This document shows positions 1-7,576 of a DNA stretch of 48,892 bases, one piece after another. Made by a program: the position numbers and the translations under genes. The stretch's first letter is position 1; each line of letters opens with the position of its first letter. The notes below the pieces were generated by a model. The model was not told the DNA's origin and made no database searches. It saw only the letters and a program-made list of their open reading frames with translations. The stretch spans positions 1 to 48,892 of the forward strand of contig JABWBM010000001.1 of the NCBI GenBank assembly GCA_013360495.1. The letters are read 5' to 3'. This DNA comes from Planctomycetaceae bacterium (GTDB lineage Bacteria > Planctomycetota > UBA8742 > UBA2392 > JABWBM01).

Positions 1-908
1 AAGAAGAGCGTGACGAAGAAATCCTTCACGATGCCAACTTTGCTCACCACGTCGGTGCTGTAGGGCAAGGTCGCGATGCTCGCGCCTGCGATCAGCGCGC
101 CCATTTCCATCGACACAGAGATATGAAGATGAATGCCGATCATGTCGAAAATCGTTCCCATGTTGTTGCCGAGGAAGCCGATGCCGAAGCACCAGCCTGT
201 GGCCGCGACCAGCATCAGTTCAGGCACCTTGGCGATCCAATGGAAGGCGATCGGCAGCACGTACTTGGCGAGCAACACCGCGACAACGATCAGGATCGCC
301 GTGCCGAGAAAGGTCATCCCCACCGGGCCGAGTTGCAGGTCATCGAAGTTCGGCTGCACCGCCAGCACGACGATGGCCCAGATGTCCTGGAAGATCAGCA
401 CGCCGAGCGAGATGCGTCCGGCGACGGTGTCAAGCTGGTGCTTCTCCTGCATCAACTTCACGGCGATCAGCGTTGAGGACGCCGCAGCCGTAAAGCCCAC
501 GTAGATAGGTATGAGATTCGTTCCTCCGGGCGTGCCGGCCATCGCGCTCCAGCCGCTTGTGGCCAGCAGCCACGCGACACCGTAACCGAAGGCCACGCAG
601 AGCGGGAACTGGAGCAGCCCCGCGAGGATCAGCGTTTTACCGCTGGCCAGCAGCTTGCGTAAGTCGATCTCAAGGCCGATCACGAACAAGAGCAGGATCA
701 AGCCGAGGTTGGCGATCGTGTTGATGTTGTTGGTATCGGTGACGATTCCGCCCACTACGGGTCCAACGATAACGCCTGCCGCAAGAAACGCCGCGATATT
801 GGGAATCTTGAGGCGCGTGAAGATGACTGAAAGAACGCCCGCTGTCACAAGGCAGACGCCGATGTCTTGAACGAGTGGTGCAAGGCCGCCGCCGGAAAGA
901 ATGGTCAT
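1..908 (-). CDS. Cation:proton antiporter, CPA2/Kef-like Na+/H+ exchanger family (5' part only; gene runs off the left window edge)
   Basis: The minus-strand frame is open from ATG (908-906) to the window edge, with an upstream in-frame stop at 921-923. It is absent from the ORF track because it has no stop inside the window. Own translation: MTILSGGGLAPLVQDIGVCLVTAGVLSVIFTRLKIPNIAAFLAAGVIVGPVVGG...LGLILLLFVIGLEIDLRKLL... The product is multi-TM and carries the GP..G and LLF-IGLE-D signatures typical of CPA-family N-termini. Confidence 0.7.
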   Translation of the reverse strand, partial: MTILSGGGLAPLVQDIGVCLVTAGVLSVIFTRLKIPNIAAFLAAGVIVGPVVGGIVTDTNNINTIANLGLILLLFVIGLEIDLRKLLASGKTLILAGLLQFPLCVAFGYGVAWLLATSGWSAMAGTPGGTNLIPIYVGFTAAASSTLIAVKLMQEKHQLDTVAGRISLGVLIFQDIWAIVVLAVQPNFDDLQLGPVGMTFLGTAILIVVAVLLAKYVLPIAFHWIAKVPELMLVAATGWCFGIGFLGNNMGTIFDMIGIHLHISVSMEMGALIAGASIATLPYSTDVVSKVGIVKDFFVTLF

Positions 909-963
909 GGGTGTGTTCCGCTAACGAAGCATGGGTAAAGACCGATGGAATCTCGCCGCAATA

Positions 964-1045
964 CGTCATTCCCGCGAAAGCGGGAATCCAGAGCCAACAA
1001 GAGAACTTTTCGAGAGGCTGGATTCCCGCCTACGCGGGAATGACG
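964..1045. repeat. Family-1 nested-palindrome intergenic repeat (paired hairpins)
   Basis: CGTCATTCCCGC-GAAA-GCGGGAATCCAG (964-991) and its inverted partner CTGGATTCCCGC-CTAC-GCGGGAATGACG (1018-1045) are separated by 26 nt. The same architecture recurs at six other loci in the window. Confidence 0.9.
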
Positions 1046-1478
1046 ACAGCCCGGCGTCAATTTCACGCCGGCGTCTTTCAAAAATCTCGATGTCGGAGGC
1101 TTCGCGCGTCTCGAGGCCGATATAATGGCGCGGGTCGTTCACCAGCTCCGGATAGCCAATCACTCCCTCGGCAGCGCCTTCTTCCGTCCAGAGGGGCAAC
1201 TGCTCCTCGCCCGGCCAGCGGGACGGCCCGAAGAAGCGGAAGCCCCAGCCGCTTGGGAATACCGGGTCAATGGTCTCGAAGCGCGAAGCGTCGCACCAGC
1301 GTGGCAGTTCGTCGTCACAGGCGATCAGATATGTGATCCCTGCCGCAAGTGGATTCATGGCGTCGCGCTTGCGGACGCCGATGCCGTAGACGGCGTATTC
1401 TTTGCATATGGTCAAAACCGCCGTGGTCCGGTCGCCCGGGGCCTGAACCGGCGCATCGTTGATACATTGGACGATCAT
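966..1478 (-). CDS. Hypothetical protein (about 170 aa)
   Basis: ATG 1478 is preceded by GGGAG about 5 nt upstream, whereas the track start at 1496 is TTG. I recognise no motif. The last ~27 codons read through the repeat at 964-1045, so the C-terminus is repeat-derived. Confidence 0.45.
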   Translation of the reverse strand: MIVQCINDAPVQAPGDRTTAVLTICKEYAVYGIGVRKRDAMNPLAAGITYLIACDDELPRWCDASRFETIDPVFPSGWGFRFFGPSRWPGEEQLPLWTEEGAAEGVIGYPELVNDPRHYIGLETREASDIEIFERRRREIDAGLSSFPRRRESSLSKSSLVGSGFPLSRE

Positions 1479-1595
1479 GCTCGCTCCCTTTGACAATGGG
1501 TGCCGAACGGAGCGTCAACGTTGAAGCGGTGAAATGACGCAGGGTTCGCGTCATGATTCAACCACGGGCGGGATCAATTATTTCTCAAAGCTCTA

Positions 1596-1620
1596 TTGAT
1601 AAATATCAATCATTTATCAA
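1596..1620. promoter_or_regulatory. Candidate operator: 9-bp inverted repeat TTGATAAAT-N7-ATTTATCAA in an AT-rich gap upstream of the K+ channel gene
   Basis: The perfect 9+9 palindrome was read directly. It lies in the 230-bp ORF-free AT-rich region between 1497 and 1726. Confidence 0.3.
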
Positions 1621-1726
1621 GAAACCGCGATGCTGGTTTCATGTGTGGCTTGCGGGACGGGCAGCGACAGTATAAAAGTTTCATCAAGTCGAACGCGAAA
1701 AGTATCAATATGCGCTAGGTGGGATT

Positions 1727-2800
1727 GTGCAGGAAGACGCGCTCTATAAACGGCTTCTCTTTTCCCTCGGGCTTTTTTTCTCCGTGCTCGTTCTGGGCGC
1801 GATCGGTTACTGGATTATCGGCCTGGTTTATGAGCCATTGCCCGGAACCGAGGAGAGCAACTACAGCTTCACCTTCCTGAACTGTCTGTATATGGCGACG
1901 ATCACCGTGTCCACCGTGGGATACGGCGAAGTCGTCAATTACCACGAGCTTGAGCCGGCGGGCGAGACCGTTGGCGTCGTATACACGGTTTTCTACATTA
2001 TCATTGCGTACTTATCGGTGATTTATGCGTCGGCGAACATCGTTGCCGCGCTCGTTGAAGGCGCGGTGGGAAAAATCTGGCAGAGGCGGAAAATGGAAAA
2101 GGAACTGCAAAAGCTGTCGGGGCATTACATCGTCTGCGGTCTCGGCTCGACGGGCAGGCATGTGGTGAACGAACTGGTCAAGTCGGGCAAGGACGTCGTC
2201 GCGATCGAGCGCAACGCCCAGAATCTTTCCGAGCTGTCCGACGGCGCCGTAATCAAGCTGCATGGTGACGCGACCGAGGACGAATTCATCACCAAGGCGC
2301 GGCCCGAAGTCGCCGCCGGCCTCTTCGCGGTGCTCCCCGAGGACAAAGACAACCTCGTGATCACTTTGACCGCGCGGCAGTTGAACCCGAACCTGCGGAT
2401 CGTCGCGCGCGCCACAGAGTTCAACTCCATCGCCAAGCTCAAGAAGGTCGGCGCTAACGTGACCATCTCCCCGAACCACATTGGCGGCATGCGCATGGCG
2501 AGCGAGATGATCCGCCCCAGCGTCACTACGTTTCTTGACACCATGCTGCGTCATAGCGGAGCGGAAATGCGCTTTTCCGAGGTGAGGATTGAAGACGGCT
2601 TCAAGGCCGCCGGAAAAACGATCGGCGAATTGCACACGGGTGACACGTGCGGCCTCAACGTGATCGGTATTTTCAAAAAGGATCAATCGATCGTCTACAA
2701 TCCCGACGGCGACGCCCGCGTCGATGTCGGCGACGCGGTGATCGTGATCTCCGACCCACGTGGCGTCGAGAAGCTCCGCCATCACCTTCAGGTAGGATAG
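1727..2800 (+). CDS. Two-TM potassium channel with RCK (TrkA-N/TrkA-C) gating domain
   Basis: The TVSTVGYGEV selectivity filter follows N-terminal TM helices. YIVCGLGSTGRHVVNEL is the Rossmann GxGxxG of an RCK domain, and the C-terminus is TrkA-C-like. The GTG start is as in the track. Confidence 0.85.
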   Translation: MQEDALYKRLLFSLGLFFSVLVLGAIGYWIIGLVYEPLPGTEESNYSFTFLNCLYMATITVSTVGYGEVVNYHELEPAGETVGVVYTVFYIIIAYLSVIYASANIVAALVEGAVGKIWQRRKMEKELQKLSGHYIVCGLGSTGRHVVNELVKSGKDVVAIERNAQNLSELSDGAVIKLHGDATEDEFITKARPEVAAGLFAVLPEDKDNLVITLTARQLNPNLRIVARATEFNSIAKLKKVGANVTISPNHIGGMRMASEMIRPSVTTFLDTMLRHSGAEMRFSEVRIEDGFKAAGKTIGELHTGDTCGLNVIGIFKKDQSIVYNPDGDARVDVGDAVIVISDPRGVEKLRHHLQVG

Positions 2801-2806
2801 TCCTGA

Positions 2807-3745
2807 TTACGTCGTCGGACCTGCCCCGCCGATGGAAAGCAATCGCTCGATGCGCTTCTTCGCGGGCGGGTGCGTGCTGAACAGTTCCGACACCGACGTT
2901 CCTTTGAAGGGGTTCGAGATATACATGTGTGCCGTGCCGTGGTTGGCGCGGGCGAGTTTGTGGGGCGTGCCCGATATTTTTTGCAGCGCGCTGGCGAGTC
3001 CCGCCGGATTACGCGTGAACTGCGCCCCGCTCGCATCGGCCAAATATTCGCGTTGGCGCGAGATCGCCATCCGCACCAGTTGCGCGAAGATCGGCGCAAG
3101 GATCAAAAATACGATGCCAACCACCATCAGGACTGCCTGAGCCTGACCGCCGCCCCGGTCGTTGTTGCGCCGGCCCATGCCGCCCCAAAAGAGACCGTGC
3201 CGTGCCATATCGGAAATGATCGCCACCATGCCGACGAGGATGCCGACCACCGTGGCGAAGAGGATGTCGCGGTTCTTGATGTGCGCCATCTCGTGCGCGA
3301 TCACACCTTGGAGTTCCTCACGGTCGAGAATTTCCATGAGACCAGTAGTGACCGCGATACGCCCGTCTTCGGGCTTGCGGCCCGTGGCGAATGCGTTGGG
3401 CGACGGATCCTCGATCACATACACGCGTGGCATCGGAATACCGGCAGCGATCTTCATCTCCTCGACGACGTTATAGAGTTGGCGGAAGCGGGGGTGGTTG
3501 GGGTCGATTTCGCGCGCGCCGCTGATCTTGAGCACGAGGTCGGCACCGCCAAACCAGCTGAAGAGCGACATGATGATCGAGATCGCGCCTGCAATGCCAA
3601 GGCCGATAAAGGGGCCTTCCGGCCTGTCGCCAAAGAAGAAGAGGCCGAAGAAGTATCCGGCGGCGACGGCGATACCGACAATCACGCCGATCAAGAGCAG
3701 CGAGCGCCGCACATTGGAACCTTGAAGCTCATGAAACGTTGCCAT
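2807..3745 (-). CDS. htpX: Zinc metalloprotease HtpX (peptidase M48)
   Basis: It has the HEMAHIKNRD HExxH site, four hydrophobic segments and the C-terminal FSTHPPAKKRIERL motif typical of HtpX. The ATG is at 3745. Confidence 0.9.
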   Translation of the reverse strand: MATFHELQGSNVRRSLLLIGVIVGIAVAAGYFFGLFFFGDRPEGPFIGLGIAGAISIIMSLFSWFGGADLVLKISGAREIDPNHPRFRQLYNVVEEMKIAAGIPMPRVYVIEDPSPNAFATGRKPEDGRIAVTTGLMEILDREELQGVIAHEMAHIKNRDILFATVVGILVGMVAIISDMARHGLFWGGMGRRNNDRGGGQAQAVLMVVGIVFLILAPIFAQLVRMAISRQREYLADASGAQFTRNPAGLASALQKISGTPHKLARANHGTAHMYISNPFKGTSVSELFSTHPPAKKRIERLLSIGGAGPTT

Positions 3746-3754
3746 GGTTTTTTT

Positions 3755-3824
3755 GTAGCGCCATGCGCCCTCGCATGGCGTCCTATCATTCGATTATCGG
3801 TCACGCGAGGGCGCGTGACGCTAC
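3755..3824. repeat. Family-2 nested-palindrome intergenic repeat
   Basis: The sequence reads GTAGCG-CCATGCG-CCCT-CGCATGG-spacer-GTCACGCG-AGGG-CGCGTGAC-GCTAC. It has terminal GTAGCG/CGCTAC inverted repeats and two internal hairpins. Confidence 0.85.
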
Positions 3825-3923
3825 AGACGCGAGGCATCTTGTCAAACGTTCGCCTCAGCGCGAATCATCCGTAAAGTGTACGAAATGTGATGCCAGAGTG
3901 AAAGACGAACCGGGGGAAAGGCG

Positions 3924-5378
3924 TTACCACTTCGAGAGCGTATTGACGAAGCCGTCGAGGATGGTGCGGACGGAGCCGCGCACGTCATTGACTACGACCG
4001 CGAAGGCGTAGCGTTTGCCGGCCTTGGTGTCGATGTAACCCGAGAGCGCGCCGACTTTGTTAATGTAGCCGGTCTTGGCGAAAACTCTGCCATTGGTCAA
4101 GTCGCCCGTGAGACGCCGCTCCAGCGTGCCGGTGGAGCCGGCAACCGCGAGGGAATTCTTGAACACCGCGAAATCCTTGCGTTTGCTCATGTATTGAAGT
4201 AGCGAAGCGAGGGTGCGCGTCGTCACGCGGTTGGTGTCGGCGAGTCCGCTACCGTCGCGAATGACAAGACCGTCCACGGGCAGGCTGGCGTTCTTCAGGA
4301 ACGCTTGCACCGCTTTCGCCCCGCCGGTGAAGCTCCCCTCGCCGGCCTTCCTTGCGCCGAGGATACGGAAGAGACATTCGGCATAAAGATTTTGACTGTC
4401 TGTATTGGTGACAAAGAGCGTTGCCGGAAGGTCAGAGACGTGCCGCGCCGCGAGTTCAAAACCGTTGAGTTCATCGGCGGAGAAGTCCTTACGCTCGACG
4501 CCGCCGTTGATGGCGATGCCTTCCTTGCCAAGCACTTCGGCTAAAACCTTCGCGAAGAATGCCGCCGGGTCGTGGACGGTGCATTCGCCCTGATAGGCGG
4601 CGCGCTGGTTCGCGACCTTGCCCCACAGTGAGAGCGTGTTGGAATCGCGCGGCCGCGTCCAGCCGACAAGGGGGTCGGCCCTACCGCTAATGGTCTGCAC
4701 GCTGCCCTCGAAGGTGGCGTAGCGGGTTTCAGGAACGCAAGCGATGCGGGCGGCTTCGCCGCTCTTGCCCGGGGTGACGGTGATGGTGAGGCAGTTGTCG
4801 TTGAGGCAGAGCGCCGAGACCTCTGCGGTGTACCATTTCAGATATTGATCGGCGGGCCAGTCGGGGTGGAAGGAAGCGCCGCTGAAATACGAGTCATCGA
4901 AGAGGAGCTTTCCGCGAACTTTGCTGATACCCTTCTTGCGAAGCTCCTTTGCCATTTCGCGCAGCACGAAGGTGGCGTCGCCGTTGTGGAATCGCCCGGA
5001 GATGTTGGGGTCGCCGAAGCCCACGAGCACGAGGTCGCCGTCAAGCTCGCCGCCCCGGATCGTTCCATGGGTACGAATCTCGGTGCGCAATTCGAAGTTC
5101 TCGCCAAGCTCACACAGCGCGGCTGCCGTGGTGAATAGCTTCATGTTGCTCGCGGGGGTCAGAGCCGTGTCGGCGTTGTGGCTATAGACGGTTTTGCCGG
5201 TGTCGAGGTCAATGACGACCGCGCCCGAGCGGGTTTCTTTGCCTGCCTTGGAGGGGGCAAGGGGAGCGCCAAGAGCTTGCTCCATGGTTTGCCCGGCTGC
5301 GATGGCCGGGGCGGCAGGTTCGACCGCGACAAGAAGAATGGTGGCGACGAAGGTCAAACGGACGAGCAGTCGGGTCAT
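3924..5378 (-). CDS. dacB: D-alanyl-D-alanine carboxypeptidase/endopeptidase (PBP4, peptidase S13)
   Basis: It has an N-terminal signal peptide and the SxxK (PASNMKL), DGSGL and KTGY motifs. The ~480 aa length matches PBP4-type enzymes. Confidence 0.85.
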   Translation of the reverse strand: MTRLLVRLTFVATILLVAVEPAAPAIAAGQTMEQALGAPLAPSKAGKETRSGAVVIDLDTGKTVYSHNADTALTPASNMKLFTTAAALCELGENFELRTEIRTHGTIRGGELDGDLVLVGFGDPNISGRFHNGDATFVLREMAKELRKKGISKVRGKLLFDDSYFSGASFHPDWPADQYLKWYTAEVSALCLNDNCLTITVTPGKSGEAARIACVPETRYATFEGSVQTISGRADPLVGWTRPRDSNTLSLWGKVANQRAAYQGECTVHDPAAFFAKVLAEVLGKEGIAINGGVERKDFSADELNGFELAARHVSDLPATLFVTNTDSQNLYAECLFRILGARKAGEGSFTGGAKAVQAFLKNASLPVDGLVIRDGSGLADTNRVTTRTLASLLQYMSKRKDFAVFKNSLAVAGSTGTLERRLTGDLTNGRVFAKTGYINKVGALSGYIDTKAGKRYAFAVVVNDVRGSVRTILDGFVNTLSKW

Positions 5379-5429
5379 TGCGGGTCTTTCCGGGTGTAAG
5401 CCAATCTAAGAAACACCATCTACATTCAA

Positions 5430-5519
5430 CGTCATGCCCGCGTAGGCGGGCATCCGGATCCAACAAAGAGAAGACTGAATTGCTTCGCGCGCATGCGTCC
5501 CGCTTCCGCGGGATTGACG
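5430..5519. repeat. Family-1 nested-palindrome repeat (right arm degenerate)
   Basis: CGTCATGCCCGC-GTAG-GCGGGCATCCGG (5430-5457) pairs with the degenerate partner TCCCGC-TTCC-GCGGGATTGACG ending at 5519. The spacer CCAACAAAGAGAAG resembles the spacer of the 964 copy. Confidence 0.8.
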
Positions 5520-5600
5520 GCAATCAGCCGGCATGGCATTCATCGGCGGGTGTGTCAATTTGCTGAAGGTTTAATGCGTAACTGGCTTTGTCACGGCAGG

Positions 5601-6734
5601 TTATGTCAACATGCGCTCGTAGATTCTGTATGTGCGGTAGCGGACGCCGCCGAACTTTTCGGCGAGGGAGTTCATCTGCTGGTTGGTTTCGAGCACCCAG
5701 CTCATCTCGCCGCGCGCGATGCCTTCTGAGCGTCCGACGTTGAAGATTTCGTCAAGTATCAGGGCTTCGAGACCTCGGCCACGATGCTCTTTCGACACGC
5801 CGAGCAGGATGGTACGCACCTCGCCGAGCTTTTTTGCGCCGGAGAGCAGCGTAAGCCAACCGAAGGGGAAGAGCCGGCCTTTGATGCGCTTCAGAAGCGG
5901 ATTGATGTCGGGGATGCAGACGATGCACCCAGCCGGCTTGTCGCCGACAAAAGCGATGCGCGCAAGCTCGGGATTCACCACAGGTTTGAGCCCCTTAGCG
6001 ATCACCTCCATCTCGCGTTCGGTGAGTGGGAGCGCGCCCCAGTTATCAGCCCAGGCATCGTTGTAGAGTTGGCGCACGGTCTCCATATCCTCGCGATAGC
6101 CCTTACCCGTGCGAACGGCGCGTATGCACATCTCCGGCGCGCGCCTGCGAATGGCTTCCACGAGTTTGCGATAACGGGCGTCAGGCTCCGGCCCGCTGAG
6201 CACGGTGTAGGCGTAGAGGTCCGTGGCTTTGGCAAGGCCGCAAGCGTCATAGAGTTTCGGATACCACGGCGGGTTGTAGGGCATGAGCGCGCGCGGGAGG
6301 CCGGGCATGTCGTCTTTGATCAGCACGCCGAGGCTCTCGCCGTTGATGTCCCACTGGCACGGCCCACGCATATGCGTGAGCGCCGGGTTCTGCGTCCGTA
6401 ACCAGCCGGCAGCCGCGTCGAAGAGGGCGCTCGCGACTTCCTTGTCCTCGATGGACTCGAACCAGCCGAAGAAGCCGCGCTGGTCTTGATGGATCGCGAG
6501 GTGCGTCTCATTGATCTGCGCGCTGATGCGGCCGACGGGCTGCCCATCTTTGCGCGCGAGAAAGAGCCGCGCCTTGCCGTGGTCGAAAAATGGATAGCTG
6601 GGTGAGAGCGTCTTTTTTTGATCGGCGATCAGCGGCGGCACCCAGTTCGGATCGTCGCGGTAAAGTTCGAAGGGTAAGCGGATAAACGCCCGGAGACCGG
6701 CGCGCGTGGTGACGTGTGTAACGGAGATGCTCAT
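5601..6734 (-). CDS. GNAT-like N-acyltransferase family protein (function unknown)
   Basis: This is a 377-aa soluble ORF. VSKEHRGRGLEALIL resembles the acetyl-CoA-binding motif A of the GNAT fold. The N-terminal half is not recognisable to me. Confidence 0.5.
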   Translation of the reverse strand: MSISVTHVTTRAGLRAFIRLPFELYRDDPNWVPPLIADQKKTLSPSYPFFDHGKARLFLARKDGQPVGRISAQINETHLAIHQDQRGFFGWFESIEDKEVASALFDAAAGWLRTQNPALTHMRGPCQWDINGESLGVLIKDDMPGLPRALMPYNPPWYPKLYDACGLAKATDLYAYTVLSGPEPDARYRKLVEAIRRRAPEMCIRAVRTGKGYREDMETVRQLYNDAWADNWGALPLTEREMEVIAKGLKPVVNPELARIAFVGDKPAGCIVCIPDINPLLKRIKGRLFPFGWLTLLSGAKKLGEVRTILLGVSKEHRGRGLEALILDEIFNVGRSEGIARGEMSWVLETNQQMNSLAEKFGGVRYRTYRIYERMLT

Positions 6735-6903
6735 CGGTCGAGCACGATACTACGTTCGGGCGTGAGCACAAAGCATGACGCGGGTGAAGCGCTATGAGAG
6801 ATTGAGCGATGCAATACCTTTCGACACCAAACACACCGCGATTCCAAATCTCGCGCAATCGTGGAATGGCGCAGTGGCACATACTGCGCTATGCTCATGC
6901 GCT

Positions 6904-7533
6904 ATGAACCTGCTCAATATCACGGACCATGAGTCTTTCGCAGTGTTCGCTGTCATCGGCGGGATCGTTTTTGTCGTCCTCGTCTATGGCATCGTCACGT
7001 ACAACCGTTTCGTCAAGCTGCGCCAGCTTTGTAAGGAGAGTTTCTCCGACATCGATACCGAGCTTGTGCGCCGCCATGACTTGATCCCGAACCTCGTCAA
7101 CATCGTCAAGGGCTACGCCAAACACGAACGCGAGCTGTTCGAATCGGTGACAGCCATTCGCGGTCGTGCCATGGAGGCGCTCGCGGCTTCGGAACATGGC
7201 AGTCGCGATCAGCGCGCGCTGATTCAACAGGAAGGCTTGCTCGGACAGTTGCTTTCGAAACTCGTGGTCGTGGCGGAAAGTTACCCGGACCTCAAGGCTA
7301 GCGAGAATTACCGCAAGCTGATGGAGGAGCTTTCCATGACCGAAGACCGCATTCAGGCGGCGCGGCGTTTCTTCAACGCCAATGTGCGCGAACTGAACAG
7401 TCTCGTCGAACAGTTTCCAAGTTCGCTCGTTGCCCGCTCCTTCAAGTTCGAGCAACAGCCCTTCTTCGACATCGAAAACCCCATCAAACGCGAGGCCGTC
7501 AGCGTCGCGGGCCTGAATTCGCCACAAGCATAA
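6904..7533 (+). CDS. lemA: LemA family membrane protein
   Basis: A single N-terminal TM is followed by YNRFVKLRQ...DIDTELVRRHDLIPNLV...ESYPDLKASENY...RFFNANVRELN, a typical LemA pattern. I prefer ATG 6904 (MNLLNITDH) to the track start at 6775. Confidence 0.85.
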   Translation: MNLLNITDHESFAVFAVIGGIVFVVLVYGIVTYNRFVKLRQLCKESFSDIDTELVRRHDLIPNLVNIVKGYAKHERELFESVTAIRGRAMEALAASEHGSRDQRALIQQEGLLGQLLSKLVVVAESYPDLKASENYRKLMEELSMTEDRIQAARRFFNANVRELNSLVEQFPSSLVARSFKFEQQPFFDIENPIKREAVSVAGLNSPQA

Positions 7534-7576
7534 GAAGAATAAAGAACCGGATACCAGCTTGCGGCGGTATGGCGTG

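Noticed and set aside
875-1336. ORFs 875-1336 and 931-1125, which translate IPAKAGIQ / WIPAYAGMT-type peptides.
   Set aside because: They are read through the family-1 palindromic repeat and are antisense to the 966-1478 ORF. The recognisable peptide strings are by-products of translating the repeat.
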